DNA of 64,000 bases from Octopus sinensis (GCF_006345805.1 NC_043014.1:10664001-10728000), one strand, 5' to 3'. Shown: positions 24,251-38,230, numbered from the stretch's first letter. Notes: generated from the sequence alone by a model not told the origin. Program-made: numbers and translations.

Positions 24251-25731
24251 AAATAATAATAAATATAATAATTTTATTTAGCACTAGGTCGCCGGATGTG
24301 AACGGGGATACAAAGACAGACATAAAGTGTGGGTGTTTACATAAAACCCAATGATAGGAAACACTTTGAAATATAAATATCCAGCGTGTAGAATATTAGA
24401 ATAAAAGCTGAAACATAAGTAAACATAAGTAAACCACATCAAAAGAAAACGACGAGGATGGTGAGGCAATCCCCTTGCATCAGATTGCTGTTGCTCTTCC
24501 ATGTAACTATGAAGTTGATGAGGAGTTCGGCTGAAGTACCTGGCAGTATGTTTAGTTGTTGTTGTTGTTGGCGCTGGATTTGGTCTTCTTTTGCTGTTTT
24601 ATTTTGAAGTTGCGGTTTTGGTTGTGGTTTTCATTGGTATTTGGTGGCTTAGTGGTTAGAGGTGCACGGTTCACAATCGCAAGGTCATTGGTTCGAAAAC
24701 AGGCGTTGCGTTGTGTCCTGAGCAAGACGATTTATTTCACGGTGCTCCAATCCATTCAGCTGGGGTCCACACAGGGTCGATAAATTAAGTGCCAGTTGTG
24801 TACTGGAGTCGATCTAATCGACTGTCCCCCTCGCCCAAAATTTCGGGCCTTCTGCCTACAGTAGAAAAGGATATATAATGTGTAATTAATATTTGAATCC
24901 GTTTTAAGGCGGCGAGCTGGCAGAATCGTAGGCACGCCGGACGTTTATGCTTAGCGGCATTTCGTCCGTCTTTACGTTCTGAGTTCAAATTGCAACGAGG
25001 ACTCCGAGAACTACAATATAAATGCTGGGATAAATTATTGCATTAAAAAGAAAATACAACATGGCAGAATAGCTGATGTTAACAATAGTTTCGGAGTCGA
25101 GAAATAAAGCAACAGTTGAGCGCTGGGTCGGGGGAATCGACTCCCCTTCTCCCACTTCCCCAGAACTCCTGGCCTTGTGCCAACATTTGAAACCAATATT
25201 TAGATCCGTTTCATAGCGGTGAGCCAGCAGAATCGTTTGCCTGCCGGGAAAATACATAACAGCATTTCGTCCGCCTTTACCTTCTGACTCGAAACGCTGC
25301 TGGAGTCGACTTCACCTTTCATCCATCTGGAGTCAATAAAATTATAACCAGTTAAGCACTGAGGTCGATGTAATCACCTTACCCCAAAATTGCTGGCCTT
25401 GTGCCAAAAAGTGACACTAATATCTGAACCCCTTTTAAGACCAGCTGGCAGGATTGCTATAGTGCCAGACATAATGCTTACAGGTATTTCTTTCGTCTAT
25501 ATTCCAAGTTCAAATGCTGCTAGAGTCAATAAAATTTGTACCAGTCGTGTACTGAGGTCGGTGTAAACGCCTCACTCCTCCCCGAAACTGTTAACTTTGT
25601 TACAAAATGTATTTCATGACAAAATAATTTTAGCATTTTCTACCTTGTCTTATTTTCCCTATACAAAACAACTCGTGTGTTATATTTCAACATGCTATAT
25701 ATATATCCCTTCTCTGGATCTTTCCTCCTAT

Positions 25732-25766
25732 GTTTCCGACGAAGAGCTCCGCTCGAAACGTTAAAC
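25732..25766 (+). ncRNA. Minimal hammerhead-like motif (U4C) in a PLE-type repeat
   Basis: gttt CCGACGA a gagc tcc gctc GAAAC GTT aaac. Confidence 0.6.
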
Positions 25767-26185
25767 CCTCCTTCTTTCCTTCTTTCCTTCTTTCCTGAGC
25801 ATCAATGATACTGTATATCACGTCCTCGCGTTGTGTTTTTTTGTGCTTTCATGTTTGGATTAACTATATATATATATATGTGTGTGTGTGTGCGCGTGTA
25901 TATAACATATACATACACCCTCTTCTATATATGTGCAAATGTATGTACACACACACACGCACACATAAGTATACGGGAGTATATGTATCCATGTATGTAT
26001 GTGTGTATGTATGTATGTATGCATGTATGTGTGTTTGTATGTGTGTACGCACGTATCATTTGTATAGTTCCACTGAACAGATAACGGATATGTATTGGAA
26101 TATTTTAAAAAATGGAAGAATATCTTAGCAACTGATTTTATTAGCAGAATGAACCACTCTCCAAAGCACGCGCACGTATCCATAA

Positions 26186-26245
<60 letters not shown>

Positions 26246-26989
26246 TTATGCATGGGGGTTTGCGTATCTGTATGTGTTTATACCTGTGTCTATCTATGCC
26301 CGTTTATTTGAATCCGTTTAATTTGAATTTTCCGTTGGATTCTATCACAGTTTTATTTAACATTTCGCAACGTTAATCGAAGGAGACAGAATAACATCGG
26401 ATATCTGCGAACGGACGCTGAACTATTTCCAATTATGGAACACGAAATGAGTTGTTTCGTCTTCGCAAACATAAAAAATAATAAATAAATAAATAAATAA
26501 CAAAACACATGGCAGATTAATTACCCATTGATTGCAAACTGTGTAAAAACAAACCGAAGATCATTCAAATATAACTTTAAATAAATATATAGTGTCTCAT
26601 GTTACGAAGAACATACCCGTGCGTAACAAGTTTTCGAACAGCGTGAAAGAAATAATAGCAAAAACAAAAACGAAAGAAAGATAATTTTATTTGGCTTCCC
26701 AAAATAAACAGATATCATCGGAGCCTTCCAAGGGAGAGTCATGTTCTGTGAACTCAAGGCAAGTCTCACGGGACTATTAGCTCAAAAGTATGACGTGTTT
26801 GCCATGATACGTCACTGAAACGAGGACTCCGAAAACTAGAATATAAATGCTGAGATCAATTATTGCATAAAAATCAACATGGCAGAATAGCTGATGTTAA
26901 CAATGGTTGCATATAACAGAATAGTCATTGATAATTATCCCTGGTTTATTTCATATTTTATTGATTAATTCTATATGCTTCTTTCTTTT

Positions 26990-27362
26990 TACTCTCTTTT
27001 ACTTGTTTCAGTCATTTGACTGCAGCCATGCTGGAGCACCGCCTTTAGTCGAGCAAATCGACCCCGGGACTTATTCTTTGTAAGCCCAGTACTTATTCTA
27101 TCGGTCTCTTTTGCCGAACCGCTAAGTGACGGGGACGTAAACACACCAGCATCGGTTGTCAAGCAATGCTAGGGGAACAAACAACACACACATACATATA
27201 TATATAGATACATATATACGACAGACTTCTTTCAGTTTCCGTCTACCAAATCCACTCACAAGGCATTGGTCGGCCCGGGGCTATAAGACACTTGCCCAAG
27301 ATGCCACGGAACCATGTGGTTGGTTAGCAAGCTACTTACCACACAGCCACTCCTGCGCCTAT
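26990..27362 (-). mobile_element. CORE/V-like SINE
   Basis: Same family as 10865. Confidence 0.8.
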
Positions 27363-27642
27363 ATATGCCTATATTTTTTATATTCTATATTTCTATTTCT
27401 ATTTCTGTTTTTTTTTCTGTAAGGGATATCGCGTTCAATTCAATCTCATCTCGTGTTTCCCTTAGATGTAGCCTTGAATCAATGTAGCTGTTTATAATAA
27501 GCTACTCCATTATGCTCATGATCACGTTTATACCACACACACACACACACCACACCACACACACACACATAAACGGGTATAGATAGACACAGGTATAAAC
27601 ACATACAGATACGCAAACCCACATGCAAACTATTGTGTGTGT

Positions 27643-27673
<31 letters not shown>

Positions 27674-28004
27674 CTTTGGAGAGTGGTTCATTCTGCTAAT
27701 AAAATCAGAGTTGCTAAGTTATTCTGCCATATTTTTTTTTATTATTTCGATTCATATCTGTTATCTGTTCAGTGGAACTATACAAATGATACATGTGTAC
27801 ATATATACATACATACATACATACATACATACATAGTACATACATGCATACATACATACATACATACATACATGCATACATATACAACATACATACACAT
27901 GCACACACTAACATACACTTATGTGTGCGTGTGTGTGTATGTATGTGTACATACATTTGTACATGTACAGAAGAGAGCCATGTACATATTATACACACGC
28001 GCAC

Positions 28005-28039
<35 letters not shown>

Positions 28040-28236
28040 AATGGATGAATGAATTAAGCTTTGTTTACAGTTAACACGGAAAATTCAATAAACAGTTACC
28101 AGGGTAGCAAAATTCACGCAAGTAACACGGATGTAGCGACCTATTCAAATGTGGAAACTCCGGGTTAATGTGCAGTCATTTGTATAGTATAAGTAAATAA
28201 ATGGAGTTGAACGCAGGTGTTATTCAAATTCTTTTA

Positions 28237-28322
28237 CTTTCGACATATGTTTCGAAGACAACATTGGTTTTATTCCAAAGAAATAGACGGTGTAAAATAA
28301 CGTAATCTTCTCATCAGGAAAG
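28237..28322 (-). ncRNA. Hammerhead ribozyme within fold-back element 28191-28420
   Basis: Minus strand: ctttc CTGATGA gaaga..tcttc GAAAC atat GTC gaaag. Confidence 0.82.
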
Positions 28323-28998
28323 AAAGAGAACCTTTGAATAAAACCGATGTTGTCTTCGAAACATATGTCGAAAGTAAAAGAATCTGATAACACCTGCGTT
28401 CACTACATTTATGTACTTATATATATATATATATATATATATTAGTATATATATATATATATATTATATAAATATATATATAGCAAAATATATATATATA
28501 GCAAAATATATAATATATGCAAAATGGCATTTCGCCCGTCTTTTAGGTTCTGAGCTCAAATTCTACCGTGGAAGACTTTGCCTTTCATTCTTTTGGCGTC
28601 GATAAAATAGTTACCAGATATGTACTGGGGTAGATGCTATTGACGTAACCCTCCTCTCAAAAATTGCCGGCTCTGTGTCTAAATTTGAAAACAGTATTTC
28701 CCCTGCTGAAGGCGGCGAGCAGGCAGAGTTGTTAAAATACCAGCCAAAATGCTTCGCGTCATTTCTTCCGCCCCTATTCATTCTGAGTTCAGATTTCGCC
28801 TAGGTCAACTTTACTTTTCATCCGTTCAGACTCGATAAAATGAGTACCAGTTGAGTGCAGGGGGCCATATAATAGACCATCTCCCCCTCCCCCCAAGATA
28901 CAGGCTTTGTGCCAACAGCAGAGAGAGAAATAAAGAAAGAAAAGAAATTTCTCGCTCGAGTATACAGAGGCAAATATCAGCAAATACAATCTGATAAG

Positions 28999-29255
28999 TG
29001 GAGGCGCGTGGCTTAGTGGTTAATGTGCCAGCATCATGATCGTAAGATTGTGGTTTCGATTCCTGGACCAGGTGACGCGTTGTGTTCTTGAGCAAAACAC
29101 TTCATTTCACAATGCTCCAGTCCACTCAGCTGGCAAAAATTAGTAACGCTGCGTTGGACTGGCATCCCGTCCGGCTGGGGAACACATAGAAACCGGGAAA
29201 CCGTGCCTATGTGCCTGGCTAGGCTTTAAAACGGCGAATTTATATTTATATACTA
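28999..29255 (+). mobile_element. tRNA-derived V-domain-like SINE
   Basis: A and B boxes; CTGCGTTGGACTGGCATCCCGTCC; TSD ATCTGATAA at about 28990 and 29256. Confidence 0.75.
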
Positions 29256-29774
29256 TCTGATAAAGCAGAAACGTTTTCAGTGCCAGTGTTACACAAACTC
29301 ATAAAACACTACAACCACAATTCAAATAACACACGCACATACACACATAGACACATACACGATCGTGCATGTGCATACGCTCCCTCACACACATACGCAC
29401 ACAAAATAGCATCATAAAATGTATTGGCTTTATAGGAAAATCTACTCCTAGCAACAGTGAAATAGCCCGGAGCCGTGTACTCGTTAGCAATCCGCTCATT
29501 CAAGGACCTACTCGTTACAGAAATTTCTTCTCTTATGCCCACCAGTTATTTCAACGTCATGCTGAATATTTCTACCTTAATTCCACTTCTGTCTGTCTTT
29601 CGTAGTTCATTAACCACTGATTGGAAACAGTTTAAACAGAACGGTAGTTGCATTCATTGCAAATAAATTCTTCCCCGACATCCTTCTCTTAGACTGAAGA
29701 AAACTGAAAAGACTTGCTATACTGTTTCACTTGTTTTGAGAACAAATAACATATGTGTGTGTATGAATGTATGC

Positions 29775-29818
<44 letters not shown>

Positions 29819-29884
29819 ATGTGTGTGTGTGTATGTGTGTATGTGTATGTGTGTATATATATATATATTATATATATCATATAT

Positions 29885-30202
29885 GGAGGCGCATGGCTAG
29901 TGGTTAGGGCAGCGGGACGGGACTCGCGGTTCGATTCCCAGACCGGCGTTGTGAGTGTTTATTGAGCGAAAAACACCTAAAGCTCCACGAGGCTCCGGCA
30001 GTGGGGGGGGGGCGATCCCTACAGTACACTTTCGCCAGCTGTACTCTTTCGTCCCAACTTTCTCTCACTCTTTCTTCTGTTGGCCTGCTCGCTTAGTCAG
30101 CGGGGTGGCGTCATTTGAAGGCTAAAACAATGCGAAGCGCATTGTGACCAGCGATGTGTAGCAACGTCCGATAGCCTGGTCGGTCACGGTGATCACGGTG
30201 AT
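29885..30202 (+). mobile_element. tRNA(Arg-like)-head SINE, tail B, in (TA)n
   Basis: Matches 12675-12965. Confidence 0.85.
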
Positions 30203-30429
30203 ATATGTATATATATATATATATATATATTGATAAAAATGGTAAGACAGCGAATGACTTAGCGGTCATTCGAATAGCTCTTTTGTCTTAATAACGGTCA
30301 ATCACACAGTAATCTCCTTTTGTATAACGGTCATTTTTCATACCATTTTCCCGATGGCTGGATAACTGAAGAGATGGCGGCGTGGATTAATAATTGTAAA
30401 ATTACATTTACAGATATATGTATATATAT

Positions 30430-30487
<58 letters not shown>

Positions 30488-30578
30488 GCCATGCTTCACC
30501 GTATATATAGAGTTGCCATGCTTGATCGCTAGATCAACAAGTGTTTTTTTTTAATTCTCTCTATATTATTTCTCTATT

Positions 30579-30617
30579 TCTTTTCTGTTGAAGAGCGTAG
30601 GCTCGAAACGTAAAAGA
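30579..30617 (+). ncRNA. Hammerhead-like motif with A6U core, in a ~220-bp PLE-type repeat (30490-30705)
   Basis: tctttt CTGTTGA a gagc gtag gctc GAAAC GTA aaaga. Confidence 0.6.
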
Positions 30618-30777
30618 CTTTCTCACATTCCGAGCGTCAAACTAATACACTGATTGTTATTCATACACCTGTCTTCGTCTTTTGTTTTTCTGTATTTCAA
30701 CTATTTCAAATATAAATATAATAATCAACCCAAGCTAGTGAGTGGATTTGGTACATGGAAACTAAAAGAAGCCCGTC

Positions 30778-30828
<51 letters not shown>

Positions 30829-30838
30829 TATATATATA

Positions 30839-31172
30839 CAGGGTGCGGTGAATACCACAGTCGTCTAAATTACGCAAAAATGAAAATAACACTGACACTC
30901 ATTTAACAGACATGTTTACTAAAATTTTATAGAATATTTTGAAATACTAAAATGTAAATTTATTCAATAAAACCTCCATTGACTTCAACCACGGCCTCAA
31001 GAGGACTTCGGAATCTCCTGCAACTCTTCGGGACGGTCTCCTTGTTTAAGTTGCTGAATGCTGCCAATAATCCTTGCCTTCAGTTCATCTTTGGTGTTAC
31101 GAGAAGTTTTGTTGGTCTTTCGCACCACGCATAATAATCAAGGAGCTTGCAGTCTGGGAAGTTAAATGCCCA
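30839..31172 (-). mobile_element. Tc1/mariner (DD37D/maT-like) 3' fragment with one TIR
   Basis: TA|CAGGGTG end; degenerate W..N.PDC..LDYY.W...NTKDELKARI..AFSNLNKETV.KSCRRFRS.LEAVVEVNGGFIE* (stop near 30960). Confidence 0.8.
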
Positions 31173-31362
31173 TAAGCGCGTATCTTTTGCCGAACCGCTA
31201 CGTTACAGGGACATTAACGCACAAACACCTGTTGTCAAACGGTGATGAGGGACATTCACAGGCCCAAAAACACACACACACACACACTGATATAGTTGAA
31301 ATTACAGAAAAATAAAAGACGAAGACAGGTGTATTAGTTTGACGCTCGGGAATGTGAGAAAG

Positions 31363-31399
31363 TCTTTCACGTTTCGAGCCTACGCTCTTCAACAGAAAG
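31363..31399 (-). ncRNA. A6U hammerhead-like motif (triplet GUG, probably inactive)
   Basis: Minus strand: cttt CTGTTGA a gagcgtaggctc GAAAC GTG aaaga. Confidence 0.5.
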
Positions 31400-32054
31400 C
31401 AATAAGAGAAATAATAAGGCATTAAGACAATATGTAGCTCCCTAGACATAACATAATTTGCTTCGAGACACGAATTCTGATAAAGAATCTTGCAAACCAG
31501 ATGCAGAAACGAAATTTAGGCACGAAAGTTGAAATATTCAACAATAACTGAGATGCTACGGTACACTAATTTTCTCGATGGAAATATCTCTCGCAGACCA
31601 TTAAATGCGAGGAATCAGGACCATTGCTTTGGTTACGATAGATTTCTCGGAATTTGCATAAATTGTTTTGTATCAAAATTATTACAAGGGCCTGTTCTTT
31701 GAAGAGGAAATTTCCAGGATGCAAGTACAATCTCTTCAGCTCATCAGACGTAAGAAGGCCCATGAATATATCAAGCCTGTATATTCTCTTTTATTCGTTT
31801 ACGTGTTTTAACCTTTCGAATGCGGCCATGCAGGAGCACCGCCTTGAAGGGTTTTAGTCAAGCAAATCGACTCCAGGACTTATTATTTGTAAGCCTAGTA
31901 CTTATTCTATCACTCTCTTTTGCCGAACCACTAAATTACAGAGATATTAACGCACCAACACGTGCAGTCAAACGACACACACAAAAGACACACATACACA
32001 CACACATACACACACACACACTTACATATATACATATATATGTACATATATTAC

Positions 32055-32108
<54 letters not shown>

Positions 32109-32216
32109 TATACCGGAGTAAACACATAAGTAAACACATAAGGTGGAAAAAAGAGTACTCAAATACCATGGTAGAGTAATATGCTTTATTTCAAAGCAGC
32201 AGAAATACAACAAAAC

Positions 32217-32254
32217 CTGTTACTCTGAGTTTCACGTTCCCGCTCGTCGGACAG
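32217..32254 (-). ncRNA. Hammerhead-like motif (U4C)
   Basis: Minus strand: ctgt CCGACGA gcg ggaa cgt GAAAC tcaga GTA acag. Confidence 0.6.
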
Positions 32255-32825
32255 TTTTTGTTAAAATAGAACCGATATGCCAATTCTATCAAGACTAGTA
32301 TAAATGCTACACCTTTAAAAATGGATTTGTTTGATTGGTCCTTTCAAATAACGGTCATTTTCGAGCGATAAACAAAAATGAGCTCAATATAAAATACAAA
32401 AAATATATAAAATTATAAAAGTCGAGGAAAAAACCTTACATCGAATCTTTGGTTAAAATACATATTGTCATTAATAAAGGAAATATAATTAATACATGGA
32501 AATTGAAATTAAAATATTAAAATGCATTAAAATATTTCACAACAGTACATACTCATACTAAACTATACATATATACATCAACATACACAGATAGATGTAC
32601 GCAGACCACATACATATACAGACATATAAATACAAAACTAAAATATACACACAAATGCATTTACGCATATGTATACGCAATCTAGCTCGCATGCAAAATC
32701 CCTGTATCCATATAGACTATAAGCTAAATTCATGGATGGGGAAGGCGCGTTCTTATTAACAACAGAAAGCTAAAGACGTAAGTAAGGGAGGGGGGCAGTA
32801 AAGTGACAGGGCTCTTGTGTAGTGT

Positions 32826-32856
<31 letters not shown>

Positions 32857-33164
32857 CTATCTGTCTGTGTGTGTGAGTTGGAAGCGTTGTTTGTATGTTC
32901 AAGAGGATGCTTAACTCTATTGATTCCTGCTCACCTCGATTTGAGTTCAAATGATGCCGAGGAGAAATTTGCAGTCCTCTTCCTCTCAGGATCGATAAAT
33001 AAAGAGCGTCTAATACTGAAGTGAAGACATCTCTCAAAACCTATCTCACTCTTTCTCTCGCTTCCCCATCCCTCTTTCTCTTTCTCTTTGTCTCTCTCTC
33101 CTTTTCCCTCCGTGTATGTGTATATCTATCTATCAATCTATCTATCTATCTATCTATGATTCTA

Positions 33165-33511
33165 TGAACCGTAAAAATTAATACAGAGAGTTGCTTATTT
33201 TCAAAAAAGAAAGAAAAAAGAAATATAACATGTGACTTCATTGACCGAGGTTACCGTGGTATTTTCCGTAGGCTTTTCTTTCCACGGGTAAACCTCACCT
33301 GTCCTCCCCTTTACACTTCATATTGACATTTTTGTGATTACGATCCCTATTGATCAACTTTTTTTCCTCTCCCCCCCCCTTTTTTTTTAATCCTCCCCTT
33401 TTTTTTGTCCTCTTTCTTTCCTTTTACGATCCCTTTTTTTACCCCCAAAAGAAAAGCTCTACCTTGTAATTTGTTCTGTCTGTGTGCAGCCCTGTGTGGC
33501 TAATAAAGAAA
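33165..33511 (+). mobile_element. L1/Tx1-like 3' UTR fragment inserted in (ATCT)n
   Basis: Pyrimidine-rich UTR ending TTGTAAT..AGCCCTGTGTGGCTAATAAAGAAA, with (ATCT)n on both sides. Confidence 0.5.
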
Positions 33512-33513
33512 CA

Positions 33514-33565
<52 letters not shown>

Positions 33566-33654
33566 AATATATATATATATATATATATTTGTCTGTCTCT
33601 GAGAAAAAAATGACTATGATAAGACCAAGAAAATTATAGACTGTCTAATTTATA

Positions 33655-33698
<44 letters not shown>

Positions 33699-34631
33699 TG
33701 CATGCGAAAATAAATTTATGAAACAGGAATTCTAAATGATGTCTATCGTATGTAAAAGCGCATCAAACAAGAATATAGATACATTCAACGTCTAATATAC
33801 GCATGTTTGCACATAGATAAGCATGCATGTGAATCCATGCATAAAAATGTGTTCTGCATGGTTGCATACATGAAATGGAAAACACCGCATACGAACACAT
33901 ACATAAGTCCATATATCTGTGTGTATGCATGCTATCTCACACATATAAGCCAATAGATCTGTGTGTATGCATACTATCTCACACACACATACATTTACAC
34001 ACACACACACACATACATACATACACACATACACTCGGACTATTCCATTCAAAGAGAGGAACACGGCCGTTGCTTTCCGAATGGGAATCGATCAGTAATT
34101 TTAGTAAGTAGTAAACGACAGCGCGTGAGGCAAGGCATTCACCGAAGTACAACAAATAATTACCATATAAAGAACACAATAAATACAGCAACAACAACGA
34201 TAACAACAACACCAACAACAAGCAATCGCCATATTTGGAGTTGGTGACGAACGGATCTTTCTAGAGAAGTCACGTGTTCTTGTTACCGTTCACGCGGTAA
34301 ATCAGTGGTGAAATGTGTTACTATATAATCTTTCTATTATTGAAATTACTCCCCTGTCTGGATATCGATGTATATTTATATCGACACAGACCTGATTGAC
34401 TAAAACTGTCAACAGCTAACGTGAAACATGCAGTTTACATTATTCAATAATGACAGGTAGAGACAGACATCAGCTAATTCTATTTGAATTTTCAAGAACA
34501 TCTTTGCATTAAACTCACGTGTTCTTTACGTAGAACGCAGTTATACTTTATCGATTCTGTACGTTCTTTCTTTTTTTTTTGACGATAAATTTTTGGCTTC
34601 ATATTACAGAATATTCTATTTTTATTTTACA

Positions 34632-34662
<31 letters not shown>

Positions 34663-34979
34663 TTTTTTTTTTTATTTATTTATTTATTACTTTTTATGCA
34701 AAATATATATTTTTTGAGTGGTTTAACATTTAATGCACTCATACCTGTATGGATGCAGAAATCTCCATTTCTATATAAATATATACATATATATGTATAT
34801 TTATGTATTTAATCTATATTATCTATATAATATATACATAAATATATTCTGCAAAAAATATATACTTGTGTGTGTGCCTGTGTGTTTAGCAAACCTCTAT
34901 GAAAATATAATGCACATCATACAGATGCTAATGTATATGTGCGTATGTATGTAATGCAAGTATTTATATATGTATATAT

Positions 34980-35380
34980 ATAGGAGTGGCTGTGTGGTAA
35001 GTAGTTTGCTTACCAACCACATGGTTCCGGGTTCAGTCCCACTGCGTGGAACCTTGGGTAGGTGTCTTCTACTATAGCCTCGGGCCGACCAAAGCCTTGT
35101 GAGTGAATTTGGTTGACGGAAACTGAAAGAAGCCCATCGTACATATGTATATGTGTGTGTGTGTGTGTATGTTTTTGTGTCTGTGTTTGTCCCCCTAACA
35201 TCGCTCGACAACGGATGCTGGTGTGTTTGCGTCCCCGTAAGTTAGCGGTTCGGCAAAAGAGACCGATAGAATCAGTACTAGGCTTACAAAGAATAAATCC
35301 TGGGGTCGATTTGCTCGACTAAAGACGGTGCTCCAGCATGGCCACAGTCAAACGACTGAAACAAGTAAATGAGTAAAAGA
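34980..35380 (+). mobile_element. CORE/V-like SINE, near full length
   Basis: A box TGGCTGTGTGG, B-box-like GGTTCAGTCCC, GAGTAAAAG tail. Confidence 0.88.
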
Positions 35381-35659
35381 ATATATATGCATGTATCTAT
35401 GTATGTATGTATGAGTGTGTGTCTAAAACATTTGCATGTTTGTGTTTTAATGTATCAATATGTATTTGACATACAGGTGCAACAATCAAAGGGTTCACCA
35501 TTTTAAATTAGGGAAATATGACAGAAATTCAACTGCAGCGATTGCAATTAAATGATTGTTGTCAGTATTCGAACCTGGATCACTAATTCAGTATGTTACT
35601 ACATAAAACCTATTCGCCAGCACGCTCAAACTTATGTAAATATATATATGCATATCCAG

Positions 35660-36055
35660 ACATATGTGTGTGCATGTATGTATGTATATACGTATGTATG
35701 TATGTATGTATGTATGTATGTATGTATGTATGTATGTATGTATGAATGTATGTATGTATGTTTGTATGTATGTATATATGTATGTATGTATGTATGTATG
35801 CATGTATGTATGTTTGTGTGTATGTATGTATACGTGCTTGTATGTATGTATGTATGTATGTATTTATGTATGTATTCTTGTATGTATCTATGTATGTATG
35901 TTTGTGTGTATGTTTGTATGTATGTACGTATATGTGCTTGATTGTATGTATGTATATGTGCTTATATGTATGTAGGTATGTATGTATGCTTGTATGTATG
36001 CATGTATGTATGTACATGAATGTGTGTGTGTGTGCGTGTGTGTGTGTGTGTGTGT
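35660..36055 (+). repeat. (TATG)n/(TG)n microsatellite
   Basis: Read directly from the sequence. Confidence 0.95.
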
Positions 36056-36496
36056 TCCTACATAATTTAATAACGAATTGCGCATTATTTAAAACAGACA
36101 TTCAAGTCCACGCCTCCAATATGAATGTACTTTTGGATATATGCATTATGTGTAATTATGTAAGCATACATATGCACACACTAGCACGAACCCATGCACA
36201 TACACACACAAATATATATGCATGCGTGTGTGTGTGAAAATATTCATATATTTATGTATGTATGTATTTTATGTGTGTATTTGTGTACACATGTGAAGCT
36301 ATCATTATGTCCATACACACATACACACACATGCGTGTACACACACATGCATACACACACACATACACGCATACATGTACACACACATGCATGTTCACAG
36401 ATACACACACGCACGTGCATGTATTTGTTGTATGCAAAACATTTGAAATGTAAAATATACCTTTTTATTAAACATGCGCAGTTGTAGTTGTGCAGA

Positions 36497-37048
36497 AGCA
36501 GGCGGAGCTGTGCAGGCGCAGGCGTGGCTGTGCATGCACAGGCGTGGCTGTGCATGCGCAGGCGTAGCTGTGCATGTGCAAGTATGGCTGTATAGCCGCA
36601 GGCGTAGCTGTGCAGATACAGGCGTAGCTGTGCAGGCGCGGGCGTGGCTGTGCAAGTGCAGGCATGGTTGTGCAACCGCAGGCGTGGCTGTACAGGCGCA
36701 GGGGTGGCTGTGCAAGTGCAGGCATGGTTGTGCAGCCGCAGGCGTGGCTGTGCAGATACAGGCGTGGCTGCGCAGGTGCAGGTGTGGCTGTGCAAGTGCA
36801 GGCTTGCTTGGGCGGAAGCAGGCGTGGCTGTGCAGGCGCAGGCGTGGCTGTGCAGGCGTGGCTGTGCAGGCTCAGGCGTGACTGTGCAGGCTCAGGCGTG
36901 GCTGTGCAGGCGCAGGCGTGGCTGTGCAGGCGCAGGCGTGGCTGTGCAGGCGCAGGTGTGGCTGTGCAGGCTCAGGCGTGGCTGTGCAGGTGCAGACGTA
37001 GTTGTGCATGCGCAGGTTTGACTATGCAGGTACAGACGTGGCTGTGCG
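36497..37048 (+). repeat. 20-bp minisatellite GGCGCAGGCGTGGCTGTGCA (about 27 units), continuous with a SINE body (37030-37360)
   Basis: The unit equals the SINE 5' end GGCGCAGG(A/C)GTGGCTGTG; the last unit runs into CACATGGTTCTGGGTTCAGTCCCACTGCG. Confidence 0.85.
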
Positions 37049-37409
37049 GTTAAAAGCTTGTTGTCAATCACATGGTTCTGGGTTCAGTCCCACTGCGTGG
37101 TATCCGGGGCAGCTATCTTCTATAGCCTCGGTCCCACCAAAGACTTGGGAGTGGATTTGGTAGGCAGAAACTGCTAGAAGCCTGCCTTATATACATTTCT
37201 GTATACATGTGTCTCTGTGTCTGTATTTCCTCCCCACCATCACCCACTGATTGACAAACAGTGTTGGTATGTTTAGTGAGAGGAAATCGCTCGATAAAAA
37301 TTCTTCAAGGCGTTGCCCCAGCTTGGCAGCGGTCTCAAAACTGAAACAAGTAAAAGTTAAAGAATTCGACTGTATCTTCGTAGTATATAAAAGAATGGAC
37401 AAAGTGGGT

Positions 37410-37558
37410 ATAGGCGCAGGAGTAGCTTGCTTACCAACTATTTGGCCCCGGGTTCAGTCCCACTGCGGGCACGTTGGGCAAGTTCTTCTTCTATAGCCTC
37501 AGGCCGACCAACGTCTGAGAGTGAATTTGGTAGACGGAAACTGAAAGAAGCCCGTCGT

Positions 37559-37600
<42 letters not shown>

Positions 37601-37970
37601 ATATATATTATCACGTGAGCACGTGACCGACCAGGCTATCAGATGTTGCTACACATCGCTGGTCACAATGCGCTTCACATTGTTTTAGCCTTCAAATGAC
37701 GCCACCCCGCTGGCTAACAGAAGAAAGAGTGAGAGAAAGTTGTGGCGAAAGTGTACAGTAGGGATCGCACCACCCCCTGCCAGGGCCTCCTGAGGCTTTA
37801 GGTGTTTTCGCTCAATAAACACTCACAACGCCCGGTCTGGGAATCGAAACCTCGATCCTACGATCGCGAATCTGCTGCGATTGTAAGGCCATTGCGCCTT
37901 CATATATATATATATTGTTGTATTTAGGAATGGTCATTTTGCCAGTTTAGCCAATAATATTATATATATA

Positions 37971-38001
<31 letters not shown>

Positions 38002-38230
38002 ATATATTTGTGTGTCTGTGTTTGTCCCCCTACCATCGATTGACAGACCGATGCTGGTGTGTTTACGTCCCCGTATCCTAGCGGTTCGGGAAAGAGGATG
38101 ATAGAATAAGTTCTAGGCTTACAAAGATTAAGTCCTGCGGTCGATTTTTTCGACTAAAAAGCAGTACTCCAGCATGGCCGCAGTCAAATGACATAAACAA
38201 GTAAATGAGTAAACAAGTTAAAGAGTAAAA
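37410..38230 (+). mobile_element. CORE/V-like SINE interrupted in its (TA)n by an antisense tail-B SINE (37610-37901)
   Basis: Head 37410-37560, nested SINE on the minus strand, 3' half 38010-38230. Confidence 0.8.

Noticed and set aside
36244-37053. Long Ala/Cys/Gln-rich ORFs on both strands
   Set aside because: They are a by-product of the stop-free 20-bp minisatellite.
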